A stretch of DNA of 64,000 bases from Camelus ferus. Lineage: Eukaryota. Positions 39,011 through 52,180 of this stretch are shown here, piece by piece; the stretch's first letter is position 1, and the number at the start of each line of letters is the position of its first letter. The notes beneath the pieces are model-generated. The model had not been told where the DNA came from, searched no databases, and saw nothing but the letters and a program-made list of their open reading frames with translations. The stretch lies in the NCBI RefSeq assembly GCF_009834535.1, contig NC_045697.1:34784001-34848000 (forward strand). The letters run 5' to 3'. The position numbers were made by a program, and so were the translations under genes.

Positions 39011-41504
39011 CTGACTCACCAAAATTTTAAATGTCCACCACCTCCCATGCCCTGTTAAAGGCCTGGGTGGGGAATGCAAGATGAGGGCTCTGCCCTCAAG
39101 GAGCTTTTAGTCTAGTGTGAGGAGGACAGTAAGTCATCAATATGCAAGTGAAAAAAAGAAGCCAATGCACAGGTGAGAAGTGTCCTGACTAAACGTAGGA
39201 GGTTGGAATTCGGGGGGCGGGGGCAGCCGGCAACAGATCTAGGTGTCACGGAGGCTTCTCGGAGGAGGTGACAGTGGAGCTGGGAGCTGGCAGGACAGGC
39301 AGCCTGAAGATGAAGCTAAGGGAATGGCAAGTGCACTAATCATCATCATACCTCATGCTTGTTGGAGACCTGAAAACATGCCTTCCTATGTTATCTCTCT
39401 TTTGATCATACAATAACTCTGAGAAGTCTGATAAGATTCCACTTTAGAGGGGAAAAGAAATCTACCGATTAATGATTTGCTTAAAGTCACACAGTTCGTT
39501 AGCGAAAGGGAGAGGGGGAGGGACCAACCTTTCTAATGCCACATCCTCTCCCTCAGGTGAGGGCCTTGAGTATAATGACCTGTCTCAGGATGAATCTAGT
39601 AAAATTTCTCTTTTGTGATCCGGTCTCCTCCCAACCCCAGTCTCTTCTGCCTCCAGTTGACTAGTTAATATAATTTCCTCCAGTGTAGGCGTCTTTTGAG
39701 GGAGCAGAGGTCAGGAACCTTTTGAAAGGGTGCAAAAAATTGTGTGTGGGTGTGGAGAGAGAGAGAGAGAGAAAATTATAGTTATATAATTATGGTAATA
39801 AAGCTGGTTTTCTCCGAAGAAAAATGCTCACATATGATATGTGTAAGTGAGAGACCGTAGAACTTTCATCAAATTGATTGACCCAAGAAAGGTAAAAGTC
39901 ACTGTCTTAAGGGGCTAACTGATATTGTGGTGAGTAAAAGAACCGATTTCCAGCACACTTTGCCTAGGCTTGCTAGATGACTCTTGGTGGCGCATATTTC
40001 CGACTTAATGGGAATGAGGCTCTCAAAGTTTATGAAGGTTAATTGAAAGGGAAGCAAATCCAGATCCTCATATAACCCCATAATAAAGTTTAAAATTAAG
40101 GGAAGAGAATGTCTTACATGGTCACTCAGTTCTCAAGAAAACGAGAGAGTACTGATCTGTCAGCGAAACATCTAGGTCAACGTAACTCTTTATCAGTGAT
40201 AATTGAGGTAGTTTCCACAGCGTTATCCTGTTTCCTGAAGAAAGCATTTTTTACACTACCTATCAAGCAGTATTAGTAGGTGGTTAACACCTGTATATCA
40301 TCCCCAAAGCATTTGGAGAGAACTAACATTAGTTTTCAACAGAGTGTTGTTAGAAAGAAAGAGAATGTCAGAAAGAAAAGGAGACTGTCAGAGAGCTTCA
40401 GCTACACTGATGAAAGGTGTAAAACTGAACTCAGGATGTGGCAGGCTAAAAAAAAAGTTTAATCTGTATTATTTCTTATGTGAAATCTACAATAGCTTTA
40501 ATGGAAAACAGAATACACAATTTAGGCTTATGTAACTCAAACTTCAATGTTGGGCCTCTTCAAAAGAACGAATCTGGTGGTGGGCCTGGAAAGATTTCTC
40601 CCTCTTTCTCCAAGAAGAAGATTTAAAGAATGGTATTACTCCCTTCATTTTACTAAAACTGAAGTACAGAAAAAAGGGCATTTATGACTTCTTAGAGACA
40701 GGAACTCCCTTCTTGCTAGATATCCACACAGCCTGTATAAGATATGTATGTTTAGGTGAGCAATGTCAGGCTGACATAATTTTAGTTCCTTGAGAAAAGA
40801 AAATGTCTCTTTGTAACTTGCAGATAGATTCCACGTTGTGCAAAAGAAGACACACACAACGTGAAAAGTTTGTAAGTAAAGTGGTGTTTTGTATTTGGAG
40901 CATCTCCCATTCTTGTTTGTATATCTCTGGCTTCCTTTTGTAACACTATTCCTACCCAGGGACCTGGCCCATTCTAAGTAAATAATAAATGTTCAATGAA
41001 TGAATGATTGCAACAATGATGCTAATAAAGCAGACTTTATCAGTCTTGTAGAGAAAGCCTATTCCTCTATGAAGATTGTTGTGGTGGTATGATATGTCTG
41101 CCTCTCTTTCTATCATGTACTGATAGTAATTGCTTCTTTGGAGCTAAATAGAAAGAAGGAAAGAGTTTTAAATGTTGGACACAAAATCAGAAATTGTACT
41201 CCTGGGAACAGTTGTTAAATAAATCATTCAAAAGAAAGAGCATCGTATACAAAGTATGTGTATAGATCATCACTCATAATAATAAATCAAATGTCCAATA
41301 ATAAGGAAATGTTTAAGCAGAATATATCAGTGGTATGGAATCACAGATTGTCATTAAAAATAGTATCTGTGTTAAAAAAATAGAAATGTGGAAGAAAATT
41401 TATGAATATTAAATGAAAAAAGTAGAGCACAGTGCTTTAATATCTTATGATTACAACTAAATAAAAATTATGTGGGAATAAAATTGATGGGTTGAAAATA
41501 AGAA

Positions 41505-41760
41505 TTATGAACAGTTATTGAGGGGGTTCTTATGTGCCAGACTGTTTTAAGTGCATTAGATTAATTCATCTAATTCTCACAACAACTGCATAAGGTACAA
41601 TAGCTTTGATAGAAAACTGCATGCAGTTCTTATTTTCATGTTACAGATGAGGGAACTGAGGCAGAGGTCTAAGTAATTTGCCCAGCATCTCACAGCCAGG
41701 ATGTGAATATAAAACCGTGTGACTCCAAAGTCTGCAATCTTAACCATGCAAAGCTGCCAG
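41505..41760. mobile_element. MIR SINE
   Basis: ttacagatgagggaactgaggcagaggtctaagtaatttgccca. Confidence 0.75.
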
Positions 41761-42281
41761 AGAAATAAAGTTTGAATCATGGATCATGGTTTAAAAAAAA
41801 AAAAACTTCCTTGTATAATGTTTTAATATTAACTTAAGACTAAATAAAAATGTGTTAAATTACAGTTTAAAAAAAAGGCACAGAGATAAAATCAGATTAT
41901 GCTCAGAAGAAGAGACAGATAAAAAAGTAAGATGAGGAGCATATTGAGTGAAGAAAAGAAACCATCTGGGTTTGACCAATTTATGTTTTGGATTAGGATC
42001 CAAATACTGTTTCAAATGGGTTCAATATATCAACAAATTTATGGTTTATGAAGGTTGAAATTAAATGAGCTATGTCACATAGAATGTTATATTCAGTATT
42101 ACTAGTATGACTGAAAGGGTATTCTGGCCTGATGGCTTTTACTTGGGGCTATTTCTTCTTCCGAATACTCTAGCCCAGAACTTTATGAAGCTGCCTCCTT
42201 GTCAACAGTGGCAATTGTGAAAACATGATTATCACTGCATTAGCAGGAAGCTGAGAAAATATTGGTAAACAATCCCAACAA

Positions 42282-42410
42282 GGGGGAGGGTACAGCTCAG
42301 AGGTAGAGCGCACACTTACCATGCACAAGGTCCTGGGTTCAGCCCCCAGTACCTCCATTAAATAAATAAATAAGCCTAATTACCTCCCCCTCCCCCAACA
42401 ACAGCAACAA
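42282..42410 (+). mobile_element. tRNA-derived SINE, camelid vic-1-like
   Basis: gggggagggtacagctcagaggtagagcgc...ggtcctgggttcagcccccagtacctccattaaataaataaataagcctaattacctccccc; degenerate TSD aaacaatcccaacaag / aaacagtcccagtaag. Confidence 0.88.
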
Positions 42411-42511
42411 AAACAGTCCCAGTAAGTCTCCCTCTAATGGTGGGACTTATGTTCTGGTGGGAAGGTCAGTCATTTAAAAATGAATTTAGCTACAAATAAT
42501 GATATGCCCTC

Positions 42512-43033
42512 GTGATAGGCTGAATAAAGGCCCCTTAAAGATGTTCACATCTTAAATCCCTGGAACTCTTAAATATGTTAATTTACATGGCAGATAGGAC
42601 TTTGTAGATGTGATTAAGTGAAGAATCTTGAGATGAGGAGAGGATCCTGGACTATCCAGGTGAGCCCAGTATAATCATGAGAGTCTCACTAGGGAGGCAA
42701 AAGGATCAGAGTCAGAAGAAGAGATGTGATGAGAGAAGCAGATGACAGAGAGCAAGAGAGGGACTTGAAGATGCTATAACTACTGGCTTTGTAGATGAAA
42801 GAAGGGATCACAAGCCAGGGAATACAGGCAGCTTCTAGAAGATAGCAAAGGTAAGGAAACAGTTTCTCCCCTAGGGTCTCCAAAATGAACTAGCCCTGCT
42901 GACACCTGGATTCTAGCCCACTGAAACTGATTTTGGACTTCTTGGCCTCCAAAACTATAAAAGAAGACATTTGTGTTGTTGTGAGTCTATAAGTTTGTGT
43001 TAACGTGTTTCAGCAGTGATAGGAAACTAACAG
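42512..43033 (+). mobile_element. MaLR LTR (MLT1D-like)
   Basis: gtgataggctgaataaaggcccc...gactttgtagatgtgattaag...gccctgctgacacctggattctagccca...ataggaaactaaca. Confidence 0.8.
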
Positions 43034-43419
43034 AACCCTTAACAAGAGTTTATTTTGTCTTATGTGTAAGAAGTCACTGTCTGATGGGCACGATGTTCCA
43101 TAGTGGCAGGGGCCCAACTCCTTCTACCTTTTCATGTAGGTGGGACCCTGGAGGGAAATATGAGTATCTCCAGGGACTCATGATGTGGGTATCAGGCCAT
43201 GTAGTTACCTATGTCAGTGTTTTTCAAGTATGAGTAAAGTATAAACCTTTCTAAACAAGAGATTTCCATCATAAGTCACATGTTAGGCATTATTTATGTT
43301 TATATCATTTTATGCATATTTAAAACCAAAATAAGTTTGCAAAATAAGTTCAAACAGGACTACAAAACTAGTTATTGAGGCCACACACATCTTTAGTCCA
43401 TGATGTCACTGGAAGCCAC

Positions 43420-46400
43420 ATGGGGAACAGTAACAAGATATTTTTATCCCTCCTAGCCAGTGAGGTATCATTGGAGGCCTGGTGGGGAGCTAGAACTCCC
43501 AACCTCACCCAGCAGTAATGAGACCACGTCCTCTTGATTATCAGTGGGGGCTTGGGAAACCTGAATTTCTAACCCACAATTCTTATAATAAATGTTGAAG
43601 ACGGTGGCTCTGCTCCCCTTGCCAAAGAAGCCAGTTAAAAACAGAAGGCTTAAATAAAGGGCAGGATTTCATAACATGATACCCCAAATGTCCTGGTTTC
43701 AATGGAAAATAACTCTCTATGCCAAGAAACAAGAAGATCTCAAACTGAATGAGAAAAGGTAATTAATAGATGCCAACACCAAGATGTCAGAGATGTTAGA
43801 ATTATGTGAGAAAGATGTTAAAGCAGCCATCACAAAACTGAGTCAGTGAGCAATTACAAACATGCTTGAAACAAATTAAAAAGCAAAAGTCTCCAAAGAA
43901 ATAGAAGATAGAAAAATGAACCAAATGGAAATATTTTAGAACTGAAAATGCAATAACTAAAACTTTAAAACTCCATGGATAGGCGTCAAGCAGACTGGAT
44001 AGGACAGAGGAAAAAAATTTGTGAACTTGACAGCAATAGAAGTTACTCAGTCTGAACCACAAAAACAAAAGTAAAACAAAACACTATGAGCAGTCCTGTG
44101 GGACTATAACAAAAAATCTACCATTTGTGTCATCAGCCTCAGGAGAGGAGAAAGAGGGCTGAGCCAAAAAAGTACTCCAAGAAATAATAGCAAAACATGC
44201 TCCATTGGCAAAATCTATGAACCTGCACATCAAAAACTTAAGCAAACTTCATAGAGGGTAAAGGCAAAGAAACCCACACTAAGACACATCATAGTCAAAC
44301 TTCTTAAAACTAGAGACAAAGAAAAAATCTTTTAAAAATATGAGAAAACCATGACTCCTTACCTATTCAAATAACAGTGGGTTTATTATCAGAAACCATC
44401 CACAAGGAAGTGGCATGACAGTTTTTGAGTGCTGAAATAAAATGACTGTCAGCCAGCTCACAATCCTATACCCAGCAAAAATATCCTTCAAAAAATGAAG
44501 GGAAATCAAGATATTCTCAGATAAAGGAAAACTAAGATAATTTGTCATCAGCCATTCCACTCTAAAAGAATGGCTAGAGGAAGAACTCTAAACAGAAAAG
44601 AATCAGTAAAAGAAGAAATTGTGGTATATCAAGAAAGAAGAAGGTACACAGTAAGCAAGGAAATATTGATAAATCCATTACTTTCCTTCTCCTAATGCTT
44701 TTTCAAATTATAATGGAGAGTTGATGCAAAAATTGTAACATTGTCCAAGTAGTTCTAAAAGTATGCAAAGAAAATATTTAGAACAATTATAAGGGGGGGG
44801 GAGTAAAAATATGTAAAGGGAACTAAAGTTTCTGTGCTTTCCTCAAACTGGTAAAATGACACCAGTTATATTTATGTGATATAAAACCTAGAGCAACCAC
44901 TAAAAAAGCTATGCAAAGAGATACACACAAAAACACTGTCTTTAAACTGAAATAGAATTCTAAAAATATCCCTCAAGTGTTCATGGAACATATACCAAGA
45001 TAATCATATCCTGGGCCCTAAAACAAACCATAACAAATTTAAAATAATTGAAATCATAGAGTGTGTTTTCAGAGCACTATGAAATCAAACCAAAAATCAG
45101 TAACAGGAAGATTTTCAGCAAAACTCCCAAATATTTGGAAAATAAACCACTTACTTGTAAATAAACCGTAGATCAAAGGGGAAGTCATAAGAGAACACAA
45201 AAAAAATTCTGAATGGAATTTTTTAAAGGAACAGCATATCAAAATTTGTACACACAGCCAAATAGTGTTGAGAGAAAACTTTATGATGGTAAATGCATGT
45301 ATTAGAAAAGAGGAAGTCTCAAATCAAAAATCTAAGCTCCCACTGCTCAGAACATAGAGTAAAATAAATCCAAATAGATGGAAAGAAATAAAGATAAAAG
45401 CAGAAATCAATGTAATTCAAAACAGAAAAACAATACAGAAAATCAATAGAAGAGCTGGTTCTTTGAAAGATTAATAACATTGTCAAACATTTAGCAAGAT
45501 TATCAAAGATAAAAAAAAAAAGACCCAAGTTATCAGTGTCAGGAATAAACAGGGGAATATCATTAAAGACCATTTAGACATCAAAAAGGTAATAAAGGAA
45601 TACTGCAAACAACTCTGAACACATAAATTTGACAATTTAGATGAAACAGACCAATTCCTTAAAAAGTACTAATTATCACAATTCATCCAATATGAAATAA
45701 ATAAATGAAAAAAGCCTTATTAGTATTAAGGAACTGAAAATGTAATTTTTTTTTAAAGTCTCCAAATAGAAATCTTCAGACCCAGATAGTTTCACTGGAG
45801 AATTCTAACAAATGTTTAAAGAATGAATCTTAATTCTTCACAATCTCCTATAGAAAATAAAAGAAGAAAGGACACTTTCCAATTCATTTTATGAAGCTGG
45901 TATTACCCTATGTTAAAGCCAGGAAAAGTACGAGAAAAACAAACTACAGACTAATATCCCTAGACACAAAGTTCTTAACAAAATATTAGCAAATAGAATT
46001 CAGTAATATAGAAAAAGAATTATACACTATGACCAAGTAAGATTTATTACAGGAATGCATTGGTTCAATATCTGAAAAACAAAAACCAAGGATTTTTGCA
46101 CTGTGGGAAATATTTTACAGTTCCTCAAAAAGTTAAGCATAGAATTACCATACGATCCAGCAATTCCACTTCTGGGTATGTACCCAAAAGAACTAAGAAC
46201 AAATACTCAAGCAAATACTCGTCCACAAACGTTCATAGCTCCTTTATTCAACCAGCTATAAAGTGGAAACCACCCAGATGTCCAACAGCTGGTGAATGGA
46301 GAAACAAAATGTGTTACATCCATACAATGGAATATTATTATATCATTAAGGGAATGAATTACTGATATGTGCTACAACACAGGTAAACCTTGAAAACATT

Positions 46401-47805
46401 ACACTGAGTGAAAGAAGCCAGACACAAGAGGCCACATGCTGTATTCATTTCATTTATATGAAATGTCCAGCATAGAAAAATCCATGGAAACGGAAAGTAA
46501 ATTACTGGTTGCCAAGAACTGGCAATGGGGAGGAAATTTAGAACAAACTGCTAATATGTATGGGATTTCTTTTGGAAGAGATGGAAATATTGTAGAATTA
46601 GGTAGTAGTGATGGTTGTACAACATAGTGAATATAATAAAAAAAAAAAAAACACTGAAGTATATACTTTACAATGAGGAATTTTATCTTCTGTAAATACA
46701 TATTTTACATATTTATATATATATAAAATATTTACATATATAGAAAATATATAGAAAAAAGTTTTGAAAGACCCTGTTACGAGGATGAAAAGACAAGCTA
46801 CAGCCTGGAAATAAATATTTGCAAGCTGCATATCTGACAGAGACCAGCATTTAGACTGTATAAAGAGTTCTCACAACCAACAGTAAACAAACAATCCAAT
46901 TAGAAAATGAGCAAAAGACATGAAGAGACATTTTGCCAGAGTATGTACAAATAGAAAATAAGCATGTGAAAAGGTCTTCAAGATGATTAATATTTAATAA
47001 ATGCAGTTTGAGTCACAGTGAGGTATCACTATGCAACCATGAGAATGACTAAAAGAAGACAGTGACAGCATCAAATGCAGGTGAAGGTGTGGAGAAATTT
47101 GATCACTCTTAAATTGCTGGTGGAAACATAAAATAGTACAGCTGCTCAGGAAAATGGTTTGGCAGTTTCTTAAAAAATTAAATCCCTAACTATCATATGA
47201 CCCAGAAATTGCACTTAGGCATTTGTCCCAGAGAAATGAAAACAAGTTCACACAAAAACCTGTACCCAAAGTTCAGAGGAGCTTTCTTCATAATATTCAA
47301 AACCTGGAAAAACCCATTGTCCTTCAATGTGTGAGTAGTTAAACTGTAGCGTATCATACCAAAGAATACTACTCAGCAATAAAAAATAAAATAAAACTAC
47401 TGATACACTCAACAGCTGGGCAAATCTCCAGAGAATTACACTGAGTGGGAAAAAAAAAAAAGCCAATAAAAATGGTTACGTACTACATGACTCTATTTAT
47501 ACAACATTCTTGAAACAAAATTATAGAAATGGAGAACCACCTCATGGTTACTAGGTATGAATAAGGAAGTGGGGCAGAACAAAGAGGGTATAGCTATAAA
47601 AGGGGAACATGAGGGATCCTTATGGAGGTGGAAATGTTGCACGTCTTAACTGCTTCAGTATCAAGAGCCTGGCTGTGATATTGTACTATAGTTTGTTAGA
47701 TGTTACCATTGGGGGAAACTAGGAAATATGAGATCTCTGTATTTTTTTCTTACAACTGCATTTGAATCTCTAATTATCTCAAAATTAAAAGTTTAATTAA
47801 AATTT
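43420..47805 (+). mobile_element. Old L1 (L1MC/L1MD-like): ORF1 remnant, partial ORF2 and 3' UTR, with a nested L1MB-like 3' end at ~46090-46700
   Basis: ORF1-like (aatcctatacccagcaaaaatatccttcaaa); ORF2 RT-proximal (cccagatagtttcactggagaattcta; aattcattttatgaagc); 3' end ttcttacaactgcatttgaatctctaattatctcaaaattaaaagttt. Confidence 0.85.
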
Positions 47806-47819
47806 TAATTAACAGCTGA

Positions 47820-48035
47820 TAATGACAGTAGCCTACAATTTTTGAATACTTAATGCTAAGTATGGTTCTAAGCACATGATTCATTTAATCCCCCAACAAT
47901 CCTGTGATACAGGTACAACCGTCATAGAATAGGTAAGTAACTTGCCCATGGTTACACAGTTAATAATTGGTGGAGCTGTGATTCAAATTCAGGAAACCTG
48001 GCTCCAGAGGCTGTGATTTTAACTACCATGCTGGT
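47820..48035. mobile_element. MIR fragment
   Basis: tcatttaatcccccaacaatcctgtga...gtaacttgcccatggttacacag...gattcaaattcagg. Confidence 0.7.
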
Positions 48036-48559
48036 AACCAGGCAGTTTCACATACGCAGGCTTTTCAGCTTTCCTGAAAGTCTGTAGCAACCTTCCTATT
48101 CTGAGGCTCGTAGCTGCTGCCCCCTCTAGACAGAGCATTGTACATTTGTCATAGTGTCCACCACTGTTTTATTGCTCCCAGTTCACTTCATCCATTGATG
48201 TTACCCACCAGGTCCTGTAGACATTAAAGTTTCTAGACCCTGGCATACGACATTACCTTGTGCCTGCGAAATGAAAACGTCATGGAAAGGAAAAAATATA
48301 TATATTAAAACTACATTAATTTAAACTTGACAAAGAAGAACCATGAGAATTAATATAAAATTTGAATTGTGTGTTATTTTTAGAGTAACTACAATCAGGC
48401 AGATTCAAATAGGTACTGTTAATATCACAACATATTTATTGATTTTTTTTTAAAAAATAAAACTTCCTATGGGCCAGTTCTGCTCATAGTATTAATTACT
48501 TAGTTCATCCCTCTTTCAAACTACATGCTGTTACTCTCCTTTCCCCACCTCACCCCACT

Positions 48560-48962
48560 GTTGTAGCTATCAGTGTCCCTCATGTATCCCCCTGACATTT
48601 ACCTCGTCATTAGATGCACAAGGCCATCCTCAGGGAATTTGTGCCTGAGAGCTTTCTCTTACAGGAAACAAGCAAAAAATGCCAGGAGAGTGAGGATCCC
48701 CAGGGAGCTGCCACCAGCCAATGATGGATGTGGGCTGGAGGGTAAATACTCCAGATTCCTGCCCTTTAGTAAGACAACTCTGAGGCCTGTTCTAGTGCAT
48801 TGAGGGCCTATTGCCTTCAGTGATAATCTGCTCACTAATACACCCTTCATTCACTTCTTTCCTTTCTTTATCTCTTTCCTTAGGAGTGCCTTTTGGAATC
48901 CCCTCCAAGCTAAACCATTTGCATTAAAATCCTTGTCTAGGTCTGGTGAGCACCCAACCTAG
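48560..48962 (+). mobile_element. ERVL-type LTR (LTR16-like)
   Basis: gccaccagccaatgatggatg...gggtaaatactccag...gacaactctgaggcctgttcta...aaaccatttgcattaaaatccttgtc. Confidence 0.55.
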
Positions 48963-49012
48963 CCTGTCCCAGGAAAGAAAGACCAGCGTGTTGTCTTTAG
49001 AAAACATAGCCT

Positions 49013-49126
49013 GGGGGTAGGGATATTGCTCAGTTGGTAGAACATGTGCTGAGCATGCTTGAGGTACTTGGTTCAATTGCCTGTACCTCCACTTGAAGAA
49101 GAAAAAGGAAAAAAAAAAAAAAAAAA
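49013..49126 (+). mobile_element. tRNA-derived SINE (vic-1-like, diverged) with poly-A tail
   Basis: ggggtagggatattgctcagttggtagaacatgtgctgagcatgcttgaggtacttggttcaattgcctgtacctcca + A tract; flanks aaaacatagcct / aaaaaccagcct. Confidence 0.8.
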
Positions 49127-49374
49127 CCAGCCTCAGTAAAGGTTGGCTGTGTTTCTAACCTATTGAAAATTATTAACCTGGTTGGTTTTAGATGGAGAGA
49201 TAAGGTCTAGTTTTGAATTGAGAATGGAAAAAGTGAAAGCAGAAACATCTGAAATCCCAATTCATATTCCTTCCTTCTCACCTCTGAATTCGTCCAACTC
49301 TGAATTTCCAGTAACTTTACACTAATGAATTTTCTCTCTACCCTGATGGTCCAGTTAACTCCTCCAAGGGCAAC

Positions 49375-49390
49375 TGTTATGGACTGAATT

Positions 49391-49429
<39 letters not shown>

Positions 49430-49796
49430 CCTCATCTCTGCAAAATTCATAGTTTTAAGACCTAATCCCAATGTGATTGTATTTGAGTTAGGGCCTTTAA
49501 GGAAATAATGAAGATTAAATGAGGTCATAAGGGTGGGACCCTAATCCAGTAGGACTAATGTCCATATAAAAAGAGGAAGAGACACCAGGAATACCTGTGC
49601 ACAGAAAAAAGGCCAGGTGAGGACACAGCCAGAAGATGGCCTTGTGCCAGCCAAGGAGAGAGAACTCGAGAGAAACCAGACCTGCCAACACCTTGATCTT
49701 AGACTTCCAGGCTCCAACACTCTGAGAAAATAAATTTCTGTTGTTTAAGCCTCCCAGTCTGAGATTTTTTATGAAAATCCAGGCAAACTAATACAG
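49375..49796 (+). mobile_element. MaLR LTR (MLT1A/B-like) containing a (CA)n microsatellite at ~49394-49427
   Basis: tgttatggactgaattgt...taaatgaggtcataagggtgggaccctaatccagtaggact...gagaaaataaatttctgttgtttaagcc...aaactaataca. Confidence 0.85.
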
Positions 49797-50564
49797 CAAC
49801 CCTGGACAAATGGTGGACAATATCTGATGTATATATTAATTTTTCCACCTCCAGTCTTTTGAGCAGACAATCCTGGAAAATGCTTACTATGCTGCTCAGA
49901 GGGTTTTGTCCAAATCAAAGCCCTGTTGCCCAAAGCGTTGACCTGCAAAACCCACCCTCATATTGGCTTTTCCTCCTTCTCTGCTTTACTCTCCCCATTG
50001 TCTGGGGTACCCCTGTTTCCGACAGTCACTCTCAGTATACTGCTTACATAAAAATGCTGATCGCAGCTCTGTTTTGGTGGGAACCCAAGCTGAGACAGGG
50101 CCTGCCCCAGACTCAAATTAGATCTAGTTCTTGGAATGGCAGCTCTCAGGACCCCATTTGTGTGCTGCACTCAGGGTGGGCATTGGTAGCTCCTCCAAGA
50201 AAACTCAAGAGATGCACAAAGCAAAGATCTACTTTGTTCACCACTGTCTTGCCCACCGGAGTGCCAGCAATTAGCACCTACAGAAGAAACCACGGGAATG
50301 AAATCAACACCCATCCAAGGACCAAGTATGGGCCTCTTCCCAAAGCAGTTGGGACAGTGGAAGCCTGTGATTCTTGTATGATTCCATGGAGGGGAGAAAA
50401 AAAGATTGACTAGTAACTGAGATTTGATTTCCTGCCAGGCGAACAGATGAGGGCTCAATGCTGATAACATTTGGTTTAGAAAAATAAAGACTACGATGTA
50501 TGTTACAACCTGGTGTTAGGGACTTATGAATAGCTGCAACTGCTTGTATAAGAAACTAAAATCA

Positions 50565-52180
50565 GGGGCCAAATAAAGATGGTGGGCTAGGAGGTCGTGG
50601 AGCTCACCTCCTCTCACAACTATATCAAAAATACATCAACGTGTAGAATAATTCTCACAGAATACCACATGAACACTGGCGGAAGATCTCATAAAACCAA
50701 AATTGCATGAAAGATCACCATATAACCAGGTAGGACAAAAGAGAAAAAAAATAGGAATTGGGCAGTACCTGCACCCCTAGGAAGGAGCTGTGAAAACTGT
50801 GTGTCCACTTACACTGGGAAGCCCTTCACTGGTGGGGAGCTCAGCCAGGACAGAAAGGGAGCTTCAAAGGCTGAGAGGAGAGCGCAGCAGCCGGTTTGCC
50901 ACAGGAAAGACAGTCACTTCAGCAGGTGGTGTTGGGAAAGCTGGATAGCTGCATGTAAATCAATGAAATTAGAACACTCCCTCACACCATACTCAAAAAT
51001 AAACTCAATATGGCTTAAAGACTTAAATATAAGACATGACACCATAAAACTCCCAAAGAGAACCTAGGCAAAACATTCTCTGATATAAATTTTAGCAATG
51101 TTCTCCTACAACAGTCTAAACAGGCAATAAAAATAAAAGCAAAAATAAACAAATGGGACCTAATTAAACTTACAAGCTTTTGCACAGCAAAGGAAACCAT
51201 AAACAAAACAAAGAGACAACCTATGGAATGTGAGAAAATTTTTGTGAATGATGTGACCAATAAGGGCTTAAATTCCAAAATATATAAACTGTTCATACAA
51301 CTCAATAACAAAATAACCCAAATAACTGAATCAAAAAATTGACAGATCTAAACAGGTATTACTCCAAAGAAGACATACAGATGGCCAATAGGCACATGAA
51401 AAGATGCTCAACATTGCTGATTATTAGAGAAATGCAAATCAAAACTACAGTAAGGTACAAACACACTAGTTAGAGTGGCCGTCATTTAAAAGTCTACAAA
51501 TAACAAATGCTGGAGAGGGTGTGGAGAAAAGGGAACCCTCCTATGCTGTTGGTGGGAATGTATATTGGTGCAGCCACTATGGAAAACAGTATGGAGATTC
51601 CTTAAATAACTAAAACTAGACTTACCATATAATCCAGCAATCCCACTCCAGGGCATATATCCCAAAGAAAACTATAATCTGAAAAGATACACGCACCCCA
51701 ATGTTCATAGCAGCACTGTTAAAATATCCAAGACATGAAAACAATCTAAATGTTCATCAACAGATGAACAGATAAAGAAGATTTGGTATATATACACAAT
51801 GGAATACTACTGAGTCATAAAAAAGAATGAAATAATGCCATTTACAGCAACATAGATGGACCTAGATATTATCATACTAAGTAAGTCAGAAAGAGAAAGA
51901 TAAATACCATATATCACTTATATGTGAAATCTAAAATATGACACAAATGAACTAATTTACAGAACAGCAACAGATTCACAGACCAAGGGGAAAAAAGCTT
52001 ATGGTTACCAAAGGGGAAAGTGGGCCGGGGAGGGATAAATTAGGAGTTTGGGATTAAGAGATACAAACTGCTATATATGAAATAGGTAAACAACAAGGCC
52101 CTACTGTATAGCCCAGGGAACTATATTCAATATCCTGTAAAAAACCACAATGGAAAAGAATTAAAAAAACAAAAACAAAA
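50565..52180 (+). mobile_element. Internally deleted cetartiodactyl L1: 5' UTR (~50565-50904) joined to ORF2 C-terminus and 3' UTR
   Basis: 5' UTR-like aagatggtgggctaggaggtcgtggagctcacctcctctcacaa...aaaatacatc is followed directly by [34 protein letters not shown] (ORF 50801-51067), then the 3' UTR and an A-rich tail. Confidence 0.8.

Noticed and set aside
42282..42360. tRNA-like sequences with A and B boxes (here and at 14419, 49013, 60087)
   Set aside because: They carry SINE tails and TSDs and have disrupted cloverleaf stems, so they are SINEs rather than tRNA genes.
43700..46080. Possible intact L1 ORF1/ORF2
   Set aside because: Many stops and frameshifts, internal deletions and a nested insertion; only short ORFs remain.
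49859..50413. 184-aa ORF with a hydrophobic stretch
   Set aside because: TTG start, overlaps decayed LTR-like sequence, and shows no recognisable homology or exon structure.
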